Assembly (NCBI GenBank): GCA_900555835.1
Contig: USMK01000002.1
Location: 10,117 to 74,116, forward strand
Length of the DNA stretch: 64,000 bases
Direction: 5' to 3'
Source: an uncultured Clostridium sp.
GTDB taxonomy: Bacteria; Bacillota; Clostridia; TANB77; CAG-508
Below the pieces are notes generated by a model. It had not been told where the DNA came from. It worked only from the letters and a program-made list of their open reading frames with translations, and made no database searches. Position numbers and translations under genes: made by a program. Positions 29,820 to 39,286 of this stretch are shown in pieces. Within the stretch, counting starts at the first letter, position 1, and the number at the start of each line of letters is the position of its first letter.

Positions 29820-31058
29820 ATGAAATATTTATATATACTTCAACAAGCATTAATATGGATAATAACCATATTCTGGCTATATCAAATCGTGGTTAGTATG
29901 TGTTCGCTTGTAAAGTTAAAAGATAAGCCATTATTAACAAATAAAAAACACAAATTTATGGCAATCGTTCCTGCTCATAATGAGGAAATGGTTGTTGCAA
30001 ATTTAATAGAAAGTTTGAAAAAACAAGACTATCCAAAGGAATTACTAGATATATATGTAATTGCAGATAATTGTACAGATAATACAGCAAAGGTAGCAAG
30101 AGATGCAGGAGCAATTGTATATGAAAGATTTGACGAAACAAAGAAAACAAAAGGATATGCAATGCAATGGTTCTTAAAACAAAAAATAGAAGAAAATGCA
30201 GATTATGATGCTTTCTGTGTATTTGATTCAGATAATATTGTAATGCCAGATTTTATAACAAACATGAATAAAAAATTATGCCAAGGTGAAGAAATAGTAC
30301 AAGGATATAGAGACATTAAAAATCCAACAGATAGCTGGGTATCAGCAGGATATGCAATATTCTATTGGACAATGAATAGGTTTTATCATTTAGCAAGATA
30401 CAATTTAGGACTTTCTCCACTTATAAATGGTACAGGATTTATGGTTAAATTTGATGTAATAAAACCTAATGGATGGCAAACAAAAACTCTTACAGAAGAT
30501 ATAGAATTTTCTTTGCAAAATATTTCGTCTGGTAGAAAACTAGGTTGGGCAATAGATGCAAAAGTATATGACGAGCAACCAGTAGATTTCAAACAATCCT
30601 GGTCACAACGTTCTAGATGGACTGTTGGACATTTACAATGTATGAAATATTACACAAAAGACCTAGCAGAAGGAATAAAGAAACATAAATCTTTAATGAA
30701 TTTTGATGGATTTTTATATATTTTAGGTATACCAATGTTACTTATTACAACTTTATTATTAGTAGTAAATATGGTATTATACTTAACAAATGGAATGACA
30801 GGTGCTGAACTTATGGCAAATTATGGAAGATATTTAATATCAACATTTGTACTTCCAATAGCAACAGCCATACTTATAATGGTACTTGATAAAAGAAAAA
30901 TCAAACCAATGTTAAAAGGATTATTATTATACCCAATATTTATGGGATCTTGGATATTGATCAATTTTAAATGCTTAGTAAAGAGAGATTTACAATGGGA
31001 GAAGATTAAGCATGTTAGAAATATTAGTATTTCTGAGGTGGAGAAGGAATTGATTTAA
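29820..31058 (+). CDS. Membrane-embedded processive GT2 synthase (PgaC/IcaA/cellulose-synthase-like)
   Basis: N-terminal TM; VPAHNEE; DSDN; the QRSRW motif (Q-x-x-RW) of processive beta-glycosyltransferases; C-terminal TM bundle. Confidence 0.8.
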   Translation: MKYLYILQQALIWIITIFWLYQIVVSMCSLVKLKDKPLLTNKKHKFMAIVPAHNEEMVVANLIESLKKQDYPKELLDIYVIADNCTDNTAKVARDAGAIVYERFDETKKTKGYAMQWFLKQKIEENADYDAFCVFDSDNIVMPDFITNMNKKLCQGEEIVQGYRDIKNPTDSWVSAGYAIFYWTMNRFYHLARYNLGLSPLINGTGFMVKFDVIKPNGWQTKTLTEDIEFSLQNISSGRKLGWAIDAKVYDEQPVDFKQSWSQRSRWTVGHLQCMKYYTKDLAEGIKKHKSLMNFDGFLYILGIPMLLITTLLLVVNMVLYLTNGMTGAELMANYGRYLISTFVLPIATAILIMVLDKRKIKPMLKGLLLYPIFMGSWILINFKCLVKRDLQWEKIKHVRNISISEVEKELI

Positions 31059-31075
31059 GGGTTATATATTTTAAA

Positions 31076-31109
31076 AGAATAACGAATTTTGAGGTTCGTT
31101 ATTCTTTTT
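31076..31109 (+). terminator. Intrinsic terminator
   Basis: Stem AGAATAACGAA (31076-31086) / TTCGTTATTCT (31095-31105) followed by a T-run. Confidence 0.8.
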
Positions 31110-31180
31110 AGTTTTGGAATAATGCTTGGACCAGCAGAAAAAGAGAAAGTAAAATTTATAGACTTTATCCCCGTAAAGCC

Positions 31181-31208
31181 AAAACGGAATACATTTGTAT
31201 TCCGTTTT
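31181..31208 (-). terminator. Intrinsic terminator of the small minus-strand gene
   Basis: Perfect stem AAAACGGAATAC / GTATTCCGTTTT around a 3-4 nt loop, followed on the minus strand by TTTTGG. Confidence 0.75.
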
Positions 31209-31226
31209 GAAGTATTATGGATTATA

Positions 31227-31451
31227 TTAGGTATTCCAAAAAATAAATATTCTTTCTGTGCCTACGACAACAATAAGATATCCCATATCTATAAGACAAT
31301 TGATAGTTTCTGGAATAATTATTGCGCTCCGACTGATAGTTACACTACTGCTTCCGCTATTTTTGGCTGGTAATACATATGAATTATATATGTATTCAAC
31401 ATTTTCAATAACCTGTTGCGAATATTTATCCCTGTTTTTAATTTCAACCAT
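31227..31451 (-). CDS. Small hypothetical protein (74 aa in the zero frame)
   Basis: ATG preceded by AAGGAGG, with its own promoter and terminator. In-frame CGG at codon 41 (plus-strand CCG 31329-31331). No family recognised. Confidence 0.55.
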   Translation of the reverse strand: MVEIKNRDKYSQQVIENVEYIYNSYVLPAKNSGSSSVTISRSAIIIPETINCLIDMGYLIVVVGTERIFIFWNT

Positions 31452-31519
31452 AATAATTCCTCCTTTGCTACCACATAAGCTGCCTCATGTTTAGAGGGCT
31501 TTATTATTTCTACTTGTTC

Positions 31520-31548
31520 ATTATATATCATTTAACATAAATTGTCAA
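31520..31548 (-). promoter_or_regulatory. Sigma-A type promoter of the small gene
   Basis: On the minus strand: TTGACA (31548-31543), 17 nt, TATAAT (31525-31520). Confidence 0.65.
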
Positions 31549-31648
31549 TTTTATGAGCTTGTGAAATTTCCTTGTTTTTCTACTTAAAATGCTAGAATAA
31601 ATTTATAATTTGTGATAAAATATTTGAGAATTAATTTGGAGTAGGAAA

Positions 31649-33241
31649 ATGAAGAATAGAGAGTTGGATAGAAAAACAATTATTATTATATTGGCAATTG
31701 TTATAATTTTGCAAACTGTTTGTTATGCTGTATTGGCTACTCAGAAGGCTTATTTGCATGTTGATGAGGGATATTCTTATGGGCTGATTAATTATGATAA
31801 GCTTAATATTGCTGATAATGAGGATTTTTATGATAGTTGGCATGATGGGGAGTATTATAAGGATTATTTGACCATAAGTAATGAGGAGAAGAATGATTGG
31901 TCGCCTGTGTATGAAAATCAGAAAAATGATGTTCATCCACCATTTTATTATTTTTTGCTTAGAATAGCAGATTCTTTTAGTATAGATAATTTTTCTATGT
32001 GGCCGGGGATTACATTGAACATTATTATACATATTGGAATAACTATTTTTACATATTTAATTGCTAGTAAAATTTTTAAAAATAATATTTCTGGTTTGAT
32101 AATTGCATTTGCTAGTGGTTTAACTGTGTCTGCCTTGGAAACTGTTATGCTAGCTAGAATGTATGCTTTGACAGCACTTAATATATTGATTATAACTTAT
32201 TTGCATATGATAAATTTTGAAAAATATAATATAAATGCTAGAATGCTTGCCATTATGGGAGCTTGTATTGTAATAGGTTCACTTACTCATTATTATTATT
32301 TAGTTTTTATATTTGTAATATATGCTATATTTATGATAAAATATCTATTAGATAGAAATTACAAAATGGCTGGGAAATATACGCTAACAATGCTTATTTC
32401 AGCAATTGTTTCATTGCTTATTTTCCCATATTCGTTTAACCATATTTTTATGGGATACAGAGGGCAAGGAATATTGAGTAATTTATCTGATGTACAAAAA
32501 GCTGGAGAAAACTTTGGCGGATATTTAGGTTTAGTCGTTAGAGATGCTTTTAATTATATTGGGGCTGTAATAATTATTGTGTTTGCTATAATTATTTTGT
32601 CTAAGATTTTAATTACAAGAAAAGAAATAACTTTTAAAATTAAAAATGAACAAATAATACTTGCAGTAATTCCTACATTTGTATATTTTTTAGTAATTGC
32701 AATGGGTTCGCCATATATTGAGATAAGATATATAATGCCAATTTGTCCTTTGATATTTATATTAGGCATATATGTTTTCAAAAATATATTAGAGAAAGCA
32801 TTAAATGCAAAACAAATTGGCATTACAATAAGTGTTATGCTTGTAGTTATGCTGATTACGCCAATTATAGAAAAACAGCCAATTTCATATATGTATACAG
32901 AGAAAAAGAATATTGTAGAATGGATAGAGCAAAATCATTCAATTCCTACAATTTACATATCTAAAAAAGAGCACAATAGGATAATGGATGATGTTTATTT
33001 GTTTAGTAAAATAGATAAATTATATGTACTTTATTCAGAAAATGCAAGTGAGGAAAATTTAAAAATTGCATTAGAAAATCAAAATATAGAAAATGGACTT
33101 ATTGTTTTTATAAATGAATATGTTGATAATAACGAGTATTTAGATAAATTAAAAGCAGTTACAGGTTTAAATAGTTGTACTTGGATAGAACGAATGAATG
33201 CTTGTGATATTTATTATTTAACACAAGAAAATTCTAATTAA
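31649..33241 (+). CDS. ArnT/PMT-like GT-C membrane glycosyltransferase (GT39/GT83-like)
   Basis: 530 aa. N-terminal TM followed by ...DEGYSYG... and HPPFYYFLLR, typical of the PMT_2/ArnT family, then many TM segments. Confidence 0.65.
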   Translation: MKNRELDRKTIIIILAIVIILQTVCYAVLATQKAYLHVDEGYSYGLINYDKLNIADNEDFYDSWHDGEYYKDYLTISNEEKNDWSPVYENQKNDVHPPFYYFLLRIADSFSIDNFSMWPGITLNIIIHIGITIFTYLIASKIFKNNISGLIIAFASGLTVSALETVMLARMYALTALNILIITYLHMINFEKYNINARMLAIMGACIVIGSLTHYYYLVFIFVIYAIFMIKYLLDRNYKMAGKYTLTMLISAIVSLLIFPYSFNHIFMGYRGQGILSNLSDVQKAGENFGGYLGLVVRDAFNYIGAVIIIVFAIIILSKILITRKEITFKIKNEQIILAVIPTFVYFLVIAMGSPYIEIRYIMPICPLIFILGIYVFKNILEKALNAKQIGITISVMLVVMLITPIIEKQPISYMYTEKKNIVEWIEQNHSIPTIYISKKEHNRIMDDVYLFSKIDKLYVLYSENASEENLKIALENQNIENGLIVFINEYVDNNEYLDKLKAVTGLNSCTWIERMNACDIYYLTQENSN

Positions 33242-33257
33242 AAGGAGGCATTTTTAT

Positions 33258-34121
33258 ATGCTAATAGATAATTTGAAATATGAAAAGAAGGTAAAAGTTT
33301 TTGCTTTTGTGGGGCCTTCTGGAACTGGCAAAAGTTACAGAGCTCAATGGGTTGCTAGTGATAGAAATATAGATTTTATAATAGATGATGGACTTTTAAT
33401 TCACGAAAATGAGGTAATAGCAGGAACATCAGCTAAAAAAGCACCAACCAAAATTGAAACTGTTAAAGCAGCTTTATTTAGTAAACCAGAGCAAAAGGCA
33501 GAAATAACAAAAGCAATAAGACACTATAAACCAAATAGTATTTTGATTTTAGGAACATCAGACAATATGGTTAAAAAGATAGCTGAAAATTTAGGACTTC
33601 CAGAAATAAGCGAGTTTGTGTATATAGACGAAGTGGCAACAGAAGAAGAGATGGAAACTGCAAGAAGGATTAGAACAACAGAAGGAAAGCATGTTATACC
33701 AGTTCCGACCTTTGAAATTAAAAAAGATTTTTCAGGATTTTTATTGGATCCATTACAAATATTCAAATCAAAAGGGACAGGAAATAAACCATATATATCA
33801 GAGAAATCAATTATTAGACCAACTTTTAGTTATCTAGGTAATTTTACAATATCTGATGCTGTATTTAGGCAAATTGCCGAACATATTGCAAATAAAACAC
33901 CTGCGATATATAGAGTTACTAAAACTAGAATTAACAATGGAGATGAAGGTGTAGAAGTCTATATGGAAGTTGTAATTGTATATGGTTACAATGTACTTGA
34001 TAGTTTAAGAGAATTTAAAACAAAATGCAAAAAGGAAATAGAAAAATTAACAGCTATGAACGTTGGAACAGTTGATGTAGTGGCAAAAGGAGTACAAATA
34101 ATAGAAGAAAATAATAATTAG
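33258..34121 (+). CDS. P-loop NTPase domain fused to an Asp23/Gls24-like domain; function unknown
   Basis: N-terminal FVGPSGTGKSYRAQ (Walker A). The C-terminal ~110 aa (NFTISDAVFRQIAEH...VEVYMEVVIVYGYNVLDSLREFKTKCKKEIEKLTAMNVGTVDVVAKGV) matches the Asp23 family pattern. Confidence 0.55.
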   Translation: MLIDNLKYEKKVKVFAFVGPSGTGKSYRAQWVASDRNIDFIIDDGLLIHENEVIAGTSAKKAPTKIETVKAALFSKPEQKAEITKAIRHYKPNSILILGTSDNMVKKIAENLGLPEISEFVYIDEVATEEEMETARRIRTTEGKHVIPVPTFEIKKDFSGFLLDPLQIFKSKGTGNKPYISEKSIIRPTFSYLGNFTISDAVFRQIAEHIANKTPAIYRVTKTRINNGDEGVEVYMEVVIVYGYNVLDSLREFKTKCKKEIEKLTAMNVGTVDVVAKGVQIIEENNN

Positions 34122-34132
34122 GAGGTATTTAT

Positions 34133-34819
34133 ATGTCTTTTATAGTCGCAATAGATGGAACTGCGGGAAGTGGCAAAGGAACAATATCAAATATAATTGC
34201 AAAGGAATTAAACTTAACCAATATTGATACAGGAGCAACATACAGATGTGTGGCATTAGCTACAATTAAAAATAATATTAAATTAGAGGAAAAGGAAAAA
34301 ATAATTGCACTTTTGGATAAAATATCAATTGATATTAAAGTGGATGGGCAAAATCAGATTTTTCTATTAGACGGAGAAGATGTATCAGAAAAAATAAGAA
34401 GTGCAGAAGTTACAGCCATTGTATCACAAATATCAGCTATACCAGAGGTTAGACTAAAATTAGTAGAATTGCAAAGAAAACTAGCACAAGGTAAAAATGT
34501 AATAATGGATGGAAGAGATATTGGCACATATGTATTTCCAAATGCAAATGTAAAAATATATTTAGATGCATCAGTAGAAAAAAGAGCAGAAAGAAGATTT
34601 GAGGAAAACAAGCTAAAAGGAATAAACACAAGCTATGAAGAAGTATTAGAAAATATAAAAATGAGAGATAGGCAAGATAAAGCAAAGAAAATAGGTGCAT
34701 TAAAAATTGCAGAAGATGCAATAGTTATAGACACAAGTAATTTGGCCATTGAAGAAGTTGCCGAAAAAGTTAAAGAAGTAATAAAAAAAAAGGAGAAATA
34801 TAGCAAATGGACAAAATAA
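34133..34819 (+). CDS. cmk: Cytidylate kinase
   Basis: IAIDGTAGSGKGT...DTGATYR...MDGRDIGT. Confidence 0.95.
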   Translation: MSFIVAIDGTAGSGKGTISNIIAKELNLTNIDTGATYRCVALATIKNNIKLEEKEKIIALLDKISIDIKVDGQNQIFLLDGEDVSEKIRSAEVTAIVSQISAIPEVRLKLVELQRKLAQGKNVIMDGRDIGTYVFPNANVKIYLDASVEKRAERRFEENKLKGINTSYEEVLENIKMRDRQDKAKKIGALKIAEDAIVIDTSNLAIEEVAEKVKEVIKKKEKYSKWTK

Positions 34820-35424
34820 AATATATTTATAAAAGAGCAAAAAGAAAAGTAGTAAAAGCATTTTTACATTTTCTAGTATTGATAGTTTACAGACCTAAAA
34901 AAGTAGGCGAAAAAAATATTCCAAAAGAAGGTGGTTACATAATTTGTGCTAACCATGTACATGCACTAGATGCACCATCACTTGTACTTAGTATGAGAAG
35001 AGAAGTAATTTTCATAGCAAAAGAGGAATTGTTCAAAAACGCATTTTTTAAATGGCTTGGAAATACTTTTGATGTAATTGCAATAAAAAGAGGAAAAGGC
35101 GATATTGATGCAATGAAACTAGCTTTTAAGGCTATAAAACAAAATAAACTATTAGGATTATTTCCAGAGGGAACAAGAAATGGAATGAAAAAAGGCGAAA
35201 AATTACATAGTGGAGCTGCTTTAATTGCATTAAAAACAAAAACAAAAATAATTCCAGTGGGAATTCAAGGAAATTTTAAACCGTTTAGAAAAATAAAATT
35301 TAATTTCGGAAAGCCAATGGATTTTTCCGAATATGCTGGACAAACCAAGAATAAAGAAGTTTTAGATATGATAACAAAACAAGTTATGGACGAAGTAGTA
35401 AGATTGACAAATGAGAAAATTTAG
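34807..35424 (+). CDS. plsC: 1-acyl-sn-glycerol-3-phosphate acyltransferase
   Basis: H-x4-D box (NHVHALD) and FPEGTR motif. Confidence 0.85.
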   Translation: MDKIKYIYKRAKRKVVKAFLHFLVLIVYRPKKVGEKNIPKEGGYIICANHVHALDAPSLVLSMRREVIFIAKEELFKNAFFKWLGNTFDVIAIKRGKGDIDAMKLAFKAIKQNKLLGLFPEGTRNGMKKGEKLHSGAALIALKTKTKIIPVGIQGNFKPFRKIKFNFGKPMDFSEYAGQTKNKEVLDMITKQVMDEVVRLTNEKI

Positions 35425-35471
35425 TATATAATATTTTTCTGTAATTATATGAGAAGAAGGGGAAGTATAAA

Positions 35472-37286
35472 ATGAATAATACAAAAATAAGAAATGTAGC
35501 AATAATTGCACACGTTGACCACGGAAAAACAACATTAGTGGATGCTTTGTTAAGACAAAGTCACATATTTAGAGAGAATGAGCAAGTAAGAGAAAGAGTA
35601 ATGGATTCAAATGATTTGGAAAAAGAAAGAGGAATTACAATTCTTTCTAAAAACACATCTGTTATGTATAATGACATAAAGATAAACATAGTAGATACAC
35701 CAGGACATGCCGATTTTGGTGGAGAAGTAGAAAGAGTTCTAAAAATGGTAGATGGTGTTTTACTATTAGTAGATGCTTTTGAAGGAGCTATGCCCCAAAC
35801 AAGAGAAGTATTGAAAAAAGCATTATCATTAAATTTAAAACCAATAGTAGTTATAAACAAAATAGATAGACCAGGAGCAAACCAAGAAAAAGTAGTAGAT
35901 CAAGTTCTTGATTTATTTATAGAATTAGGTGCTAATGACGAACAATTAGACTTCCCAGTTATATATGCATCTGCAAAAAATGGAATAGCAAAAATGAGCT
36001 TAGACGAAGAGTCTGATAATGTTCATTGCATATTTGAAACAATAATTGAAAAAATATCTGCACCAAATTGCGAAGTAGAAGGACCTGCTCAACTTCTAGT
36101 TTCTAATATAGACTATGATGACTACTTAGGAAGAATTGCAGTAGGAAGAATAGAAAGAGGAACAATAACTCTTGGAATGCCTGTTGCAGTATGCAAAAAA
36201 GAAGATAAAATAGTAAACGGAAAAGTGGCAAAATTATTTACTTATATGGGGCTAAAAAAGGTAGAAGTAGAACAAGTTTCAGCAGGAGACATTGTTGCAT
36301 TATCAGGAATTGAAGATATAAATATTGGAGATACAATTTGTGATATAAATAATCCAGAAAAAATTCCATTTGTAGATATAGACGAACCAACAGTATCTAT
36401 GACATTTAGTGTAAATGATGGACCTTTTGCTGGAAAAGAAGGACAATTCGTAACATCAAGACATATAAGAGACAGATTATTTAAAGAACTAGAAAGAAAT
36501 GTTTCTTTAAGAGTAAAAGAAACAGATAGAGCAGAAAGCTTTGAAGTTTCAGGAAGAGGAGAACTTCATTTATCTGTACTTATTGAAACTATGAGAAGAG
36601 AAGGATTTGAGCTTTTAGTTTCAAGACCAAAAGTTATTTTCAAAGAAATAGATGGAGTAAAATGTGAACCAATTGAAAGACTTGTTGTAAATGTTCCAGA
36701 TGATGCAATAGGTAATGTAATAGAGAAATTAGGAAGACGTAAAGGCGAAATGGTTAATATGGAACCAGCAGAAGAAGGACATACAAAGGTAGAATTTAAA
36801 ATACCTGCAAGAGGACTTATTGGTTACAGAACAGAATTTATGACAGACACAAAAGGAAATGGAACTATGAACAGCATTTTTGATTGCTATGAACCATATA
36901 AAGGCGAAATTCAATCAAGAGTAAGAGGAACATTAGTTGCTTTTGAGGCTGGAACAGCTGTAACTTACGGATTATACAATGCACAAGAAAGAGGAGAATT
37001 ATTTATAGGACCTGGAACAGAAGTATATGAGGGAATGATTGTTGGACTAAATTCAAGAGGAGAAGATATTGCAATAAATGTATGTAAAGAAAAACATTTA
37101 ACAAACACAAGAGCTTCTGGTTCAGATGATGCTTTAAGACTTGTACCACCAATCCAATTTTCACTTGAAAAAGCAATTGAATTTATTGCTGACGACGAAT
37201 TAGTTGAAGTTACACCTAAAAATATTAGATTAAGAAAGAAAATATTAGATAGTAAAACAAGAGAAAGAATGGCAAGAAGCAAATAA
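35472..37286 (+). CDS. typA: Translational GTPase TypA/BipA
   Basis: AIIAHVDHGKTTLVD, DTPGHADFGGEVER, NKIDR; 604 aa. Confidence 0.95.
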   Translation: MNNTKIRNVAIIAHVDHGKTTLVDALLRQSHIFRENEQVRERVMDSNDLEKERGITILSKNTSVMYNDIKINIVDTPGHADFGGEVERVLKMVDGVLLLVDAFEGAMPQTREVLKKALSLNLKPIVVINKIDRPGANQEKVVDQVLDLFIELGANDEQLDFPVIYASAKNGIAKMSLDEESDNVHCIFETIIEKISAPNCEVEGPAQLLVSNIDYDDYLGRIAVGRIERGTITLGMPVAVCKKEDKIVNGKVAKLFTYMGLKKVEVEQVSAGDIVALSGIEDINIGDTICDINNPEKIPFVDIDEPTVSMTFSVNDGPFAGKEGQFVTSRHIRDRLFKELERNVSLRVKETDRAESFEVSGRGELHLSVLIETMRREGFELLVSRPKVIFKEIDGVKCEPIERLVVNVPDDAIGNVIEKLGRRKGEMVNMEPAEEGHTKVEFKIPARGLIGYRTEFMTDTKGNGTMNSIFDCYEPYKGEIQSRVRGTLVAFEAGTAVTYGLYNAQERGELFIGPGTEVYEGMIVGLNSRGEDIAINVCKEKHLTNTRASGSDDALRLVPPIQFSLEKAIEFIADDELVEVTPKNIRLRKKILDSKTRERMARSK

Positions 37287-37292
37287 TAAACT

Positions 37293-37340
37293 AATACCTA
37301 ATAGACCAAGATTTACTTCTTGGATATTGGGTATTTTTTA
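37293..37340 (+). terminator. Intrinsic terminator after typA
   Basis: Nested stem AATACC...CCAAGA / TCTTGG...GGTATT followed by a T-run. Confidence 0.75.
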
Positions 37341-37362
37341 ATTTAAGAAGGAGTAAGTTAAT

Positions 37363-37944
37363 ATGTTTGAAGAAATAAAACAAAAGGCTTTGGAAGATCA
37401 TATTCCTATTATTATGGATGATACTTTGGAGGTTATAAAGAAGATTTTTGAGAAGCAAAAGCCAAAGAGAATTTTGGAAATTGGAACTGCTGTGGGGTAT
37501 TCAGCTATTTGCTTTGTTTTGGCATGTGGCAGAGATGTTAAGGTTGATACAATTGAGCTTGATGAGGAGAGAGCAAAGGTCGCTATCCAAAATATTTCAG
37601 CTATGAATATGGAAGAAAATATTAATATTATGGTTGGGAATGCTGTTGATATTTTGCCTACTTTGAGTGATAAGTATGATGTTGTTTTTATTGATGCTGC
37701 TAAGGGGAAATATCCGTTCTTTTTGAATGAGGCTTTAAGGCTTACTGAAAAGACTGGGGTTATTTTGGCTGATAATATTTTGTATAAGGGATATGTTATG
37801 AGCGATTATAATAAGCATAAGCAGAGGACTGCTGTTAGGAATTTGCGTGAGTATATTAAGGAGGCTACTGAGGATGAGGAATTGGAGACGGAAATTCTTG
37901 ATGTGGGGGATGGATTGGCTGTTAGCCGATTTAAGGAAAATTAA
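37363..37944 (+). CDS. SAM-dependent O-methyltransferase, family 3 (YrrM/TrmR-like)
   Basis: ILEIGTAVGYS SAM-binding motif, FIDAAKGKY; 193 aa. Codon usage is strongly G-ending (AAG, GAG, TTG, GGG, AGG), unlike most of the window. Confidence 0.8.
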   Translation: MFEEIKQKALEDHIPIIMDDTLEVIKKIFEKQKPKRILEIGTAVGYSAICFVLACGRDVKVDTIELDEERAKVAIQNISAMNMEENINIMVGNAVDILPTLSDKYDVVFIDAAKGKYPFFLNEALRLTEKTGVILADNILYKGYVMSDYNKHKQRTAVRNLREYIKEATEDEELETEILDVGDGLAVSRFKEN

Positions 37945-37984
37945 AAATTTGGAAACGTTTGAAATGAGCCGTGGAAAGAAGTAG

Positions 37985-38058
37985 CTATAATATAACAAAT
38001 TTATTTCATTCCTCGGCTTGTTGCGTAACCTACGAAATCTAAATAGTTATATTTATAA
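37985..38058 (+). repeat. Solo partial copy of the palindromic intergenic repeat family
   Basis: Shares a core of about 46 nt, ATTTATTTCATTCCTCGGCTTG-TGCGT-CCTACGAAATCTAAAT, with 41200-41246 (3 substitutions by hand alignment). Short imperfect terminal inverted repeats TATAATATAAC / GTTATATTTATA. Confidence 0.7.
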
Positions 38059-38182
38059 TTTTGATGACCTTTGCTTATGATTATGTTAACCAATTTGACA
38101 TAATTGTTGTTGAGATGTTATAATTTAAGTATACATAAATCGGTAATGAGGGAAAAATACCTGATGAAGGGGAGGAGTTACT

Positions 38183-38698
38183 ATGGAGAAAGAGAATAAG
38201 AAATTTTTGGATAAGGTTAAAGATTGGGCTAAGGTTGGTGTGATGTCTGTTGGTATTGCTGCTTTTGGAGTGGGAGATAAGACTGTTGATGCACATCAAG
38301 TGCCTGAGACTAATTCGCATCGACAAGTAGAAACAGTACAAAATCAAAGAGAGGCTTTTAATAAAAGTATACGAGTTGAGCTTAAAGGCAAAACGGAGAA
38401 GGTAGAAAAAGTGGATGGAAAGTCACAAAATAGAGAAAATATGAGAGAAAAAAAGGGTAGTGAACAAAGACCTTTACCTAATATTCCATTTGCTTCGAAT
38501 GAAGAAAAAGCTCAAATGCGTGATTTAAATTATACTTTGGGTTTATTACATAAAAAAAGAGGAGATGCAAGGTTTTTTAAAAATCAGGAGGAAGTAGATA
38601 GATTAACATCTGAAATTGTAAAAGTAAATATTAAAAGAGAACAAATAATGGCTCAAATAAGAGAGAGACAAAGACAAAATGATGGACAAGAAAGATAG
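38183..38698 (+). CDS. Hypothetical membrane-anchored, highly charged protein (171 aa)
   Basis: RBS GGGGAGGAG. One N-terminal hydrophobic segment followed by a Lys/Glu/Arg/Gln-rich sequence. No family recognised. Confidence 0.5.
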   Translation: MEKENKKFLDKVKDWAKVGVMSVGIAAFGVGDKTVDAHQVPETNSHRQVETVQNQREAFNKSIRVELKGKTEKVEKVDGKSQNRENMREKKGSEQRPLPNIPFASNEEKAQMRDLNYTLGLLHKKRGDARFFKNQEEVDRLTSEIVKVNIKREQIMAQIRERQRQNDGQER

Positions 38699-38715
38699 AG
38701 GCTAATTGTAATATT

Positions 38716-38749
38716 AAAGCCGAGAGAAAACAAGTTTTCTCGGCTTTTT
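38716..38749. terminator. Bidirectional intrinsic terminator
   Basis: Stem AGCCGAGA... / ...TTCTCGGCT, with A-rich sequence on the 5' side and a T-run on the 3' side. Confidence 0.75.
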
Positions 38750-39286
38750 CTAATGTATATATGAAATACTTGATAGTACGAAATCTATTATCAAGATTAT
38801 TGTCATTACTTTTGCGGCTAAGTCTAAGGTTAAAGGAGATATTTTTGTTGTGAGTTTGTTGATGACTTTTTGAGTTATTGGGTGAATGAATCTTACTACT
38901 ATAATTGCAATTATTCCCCAAACAAATGCAAATGGCAAGCATATTCTGCCATTTATGTTTAAAAAGTCATTGGAGTAATCCCACCATTTTAGATTAAATA
39001 TTACATCTAATATAAATCCTGCTACATATTCAAAATAAGTTAGAACGACTGAGGCGATTAGAAATAATTTTATATTGCTATCTTTATATTTTGATAGTCC
39101 AACTGTTAATATTAACATTCCAAATCCATATATAGGACAAATTGGACCTATTAAAAATCCTCTATTATCAAAATGCCCAAGAACGACATAGGCATAAACA
39201 GTTTCTAGCAACCAGCCCGCAAATGAATAAATAAAGAAATACAGAATATATCTATTAAGCAAACTATTCTTACCATCTTGTGGCAT
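38750..39286 (-). CDS. Membrane protein, ABC_trans_CmpB (DUF1113)-like
   Basis: YFFIYSFAGWLLETVYAYV...GFLIGPICPIYGFG motif, typical of that family. Confidence 0.6.
   Translation of the reverse strand: MPQDGKNSLLNRYILYFFIYSFAGWLLETVYAYVVLGHFDNRGFLIGPICPIYGFGMLILTVGLSKYKDSNIKLFLIASVVLTYFEYVAGFILDVIFNLKWWDYSNDFLNINGRICLPFAFVWGIIAIIVVRFIHPITQKVINKLTTKISPLTLDLAAKVMTIILIIDFVLSSISYIH

Noticed and set aside
31340-31531. 63-aa minus-strand ORF overlapping the small gene, considered as a possible toxin-antitoxin pair.
   Set aside because: Its ATG lies inside the spacer of a perfect TTGACA-17-TATAAT promoter and has no RBS. The ORF is most simply the untranslated leader of the 74-aa gene.
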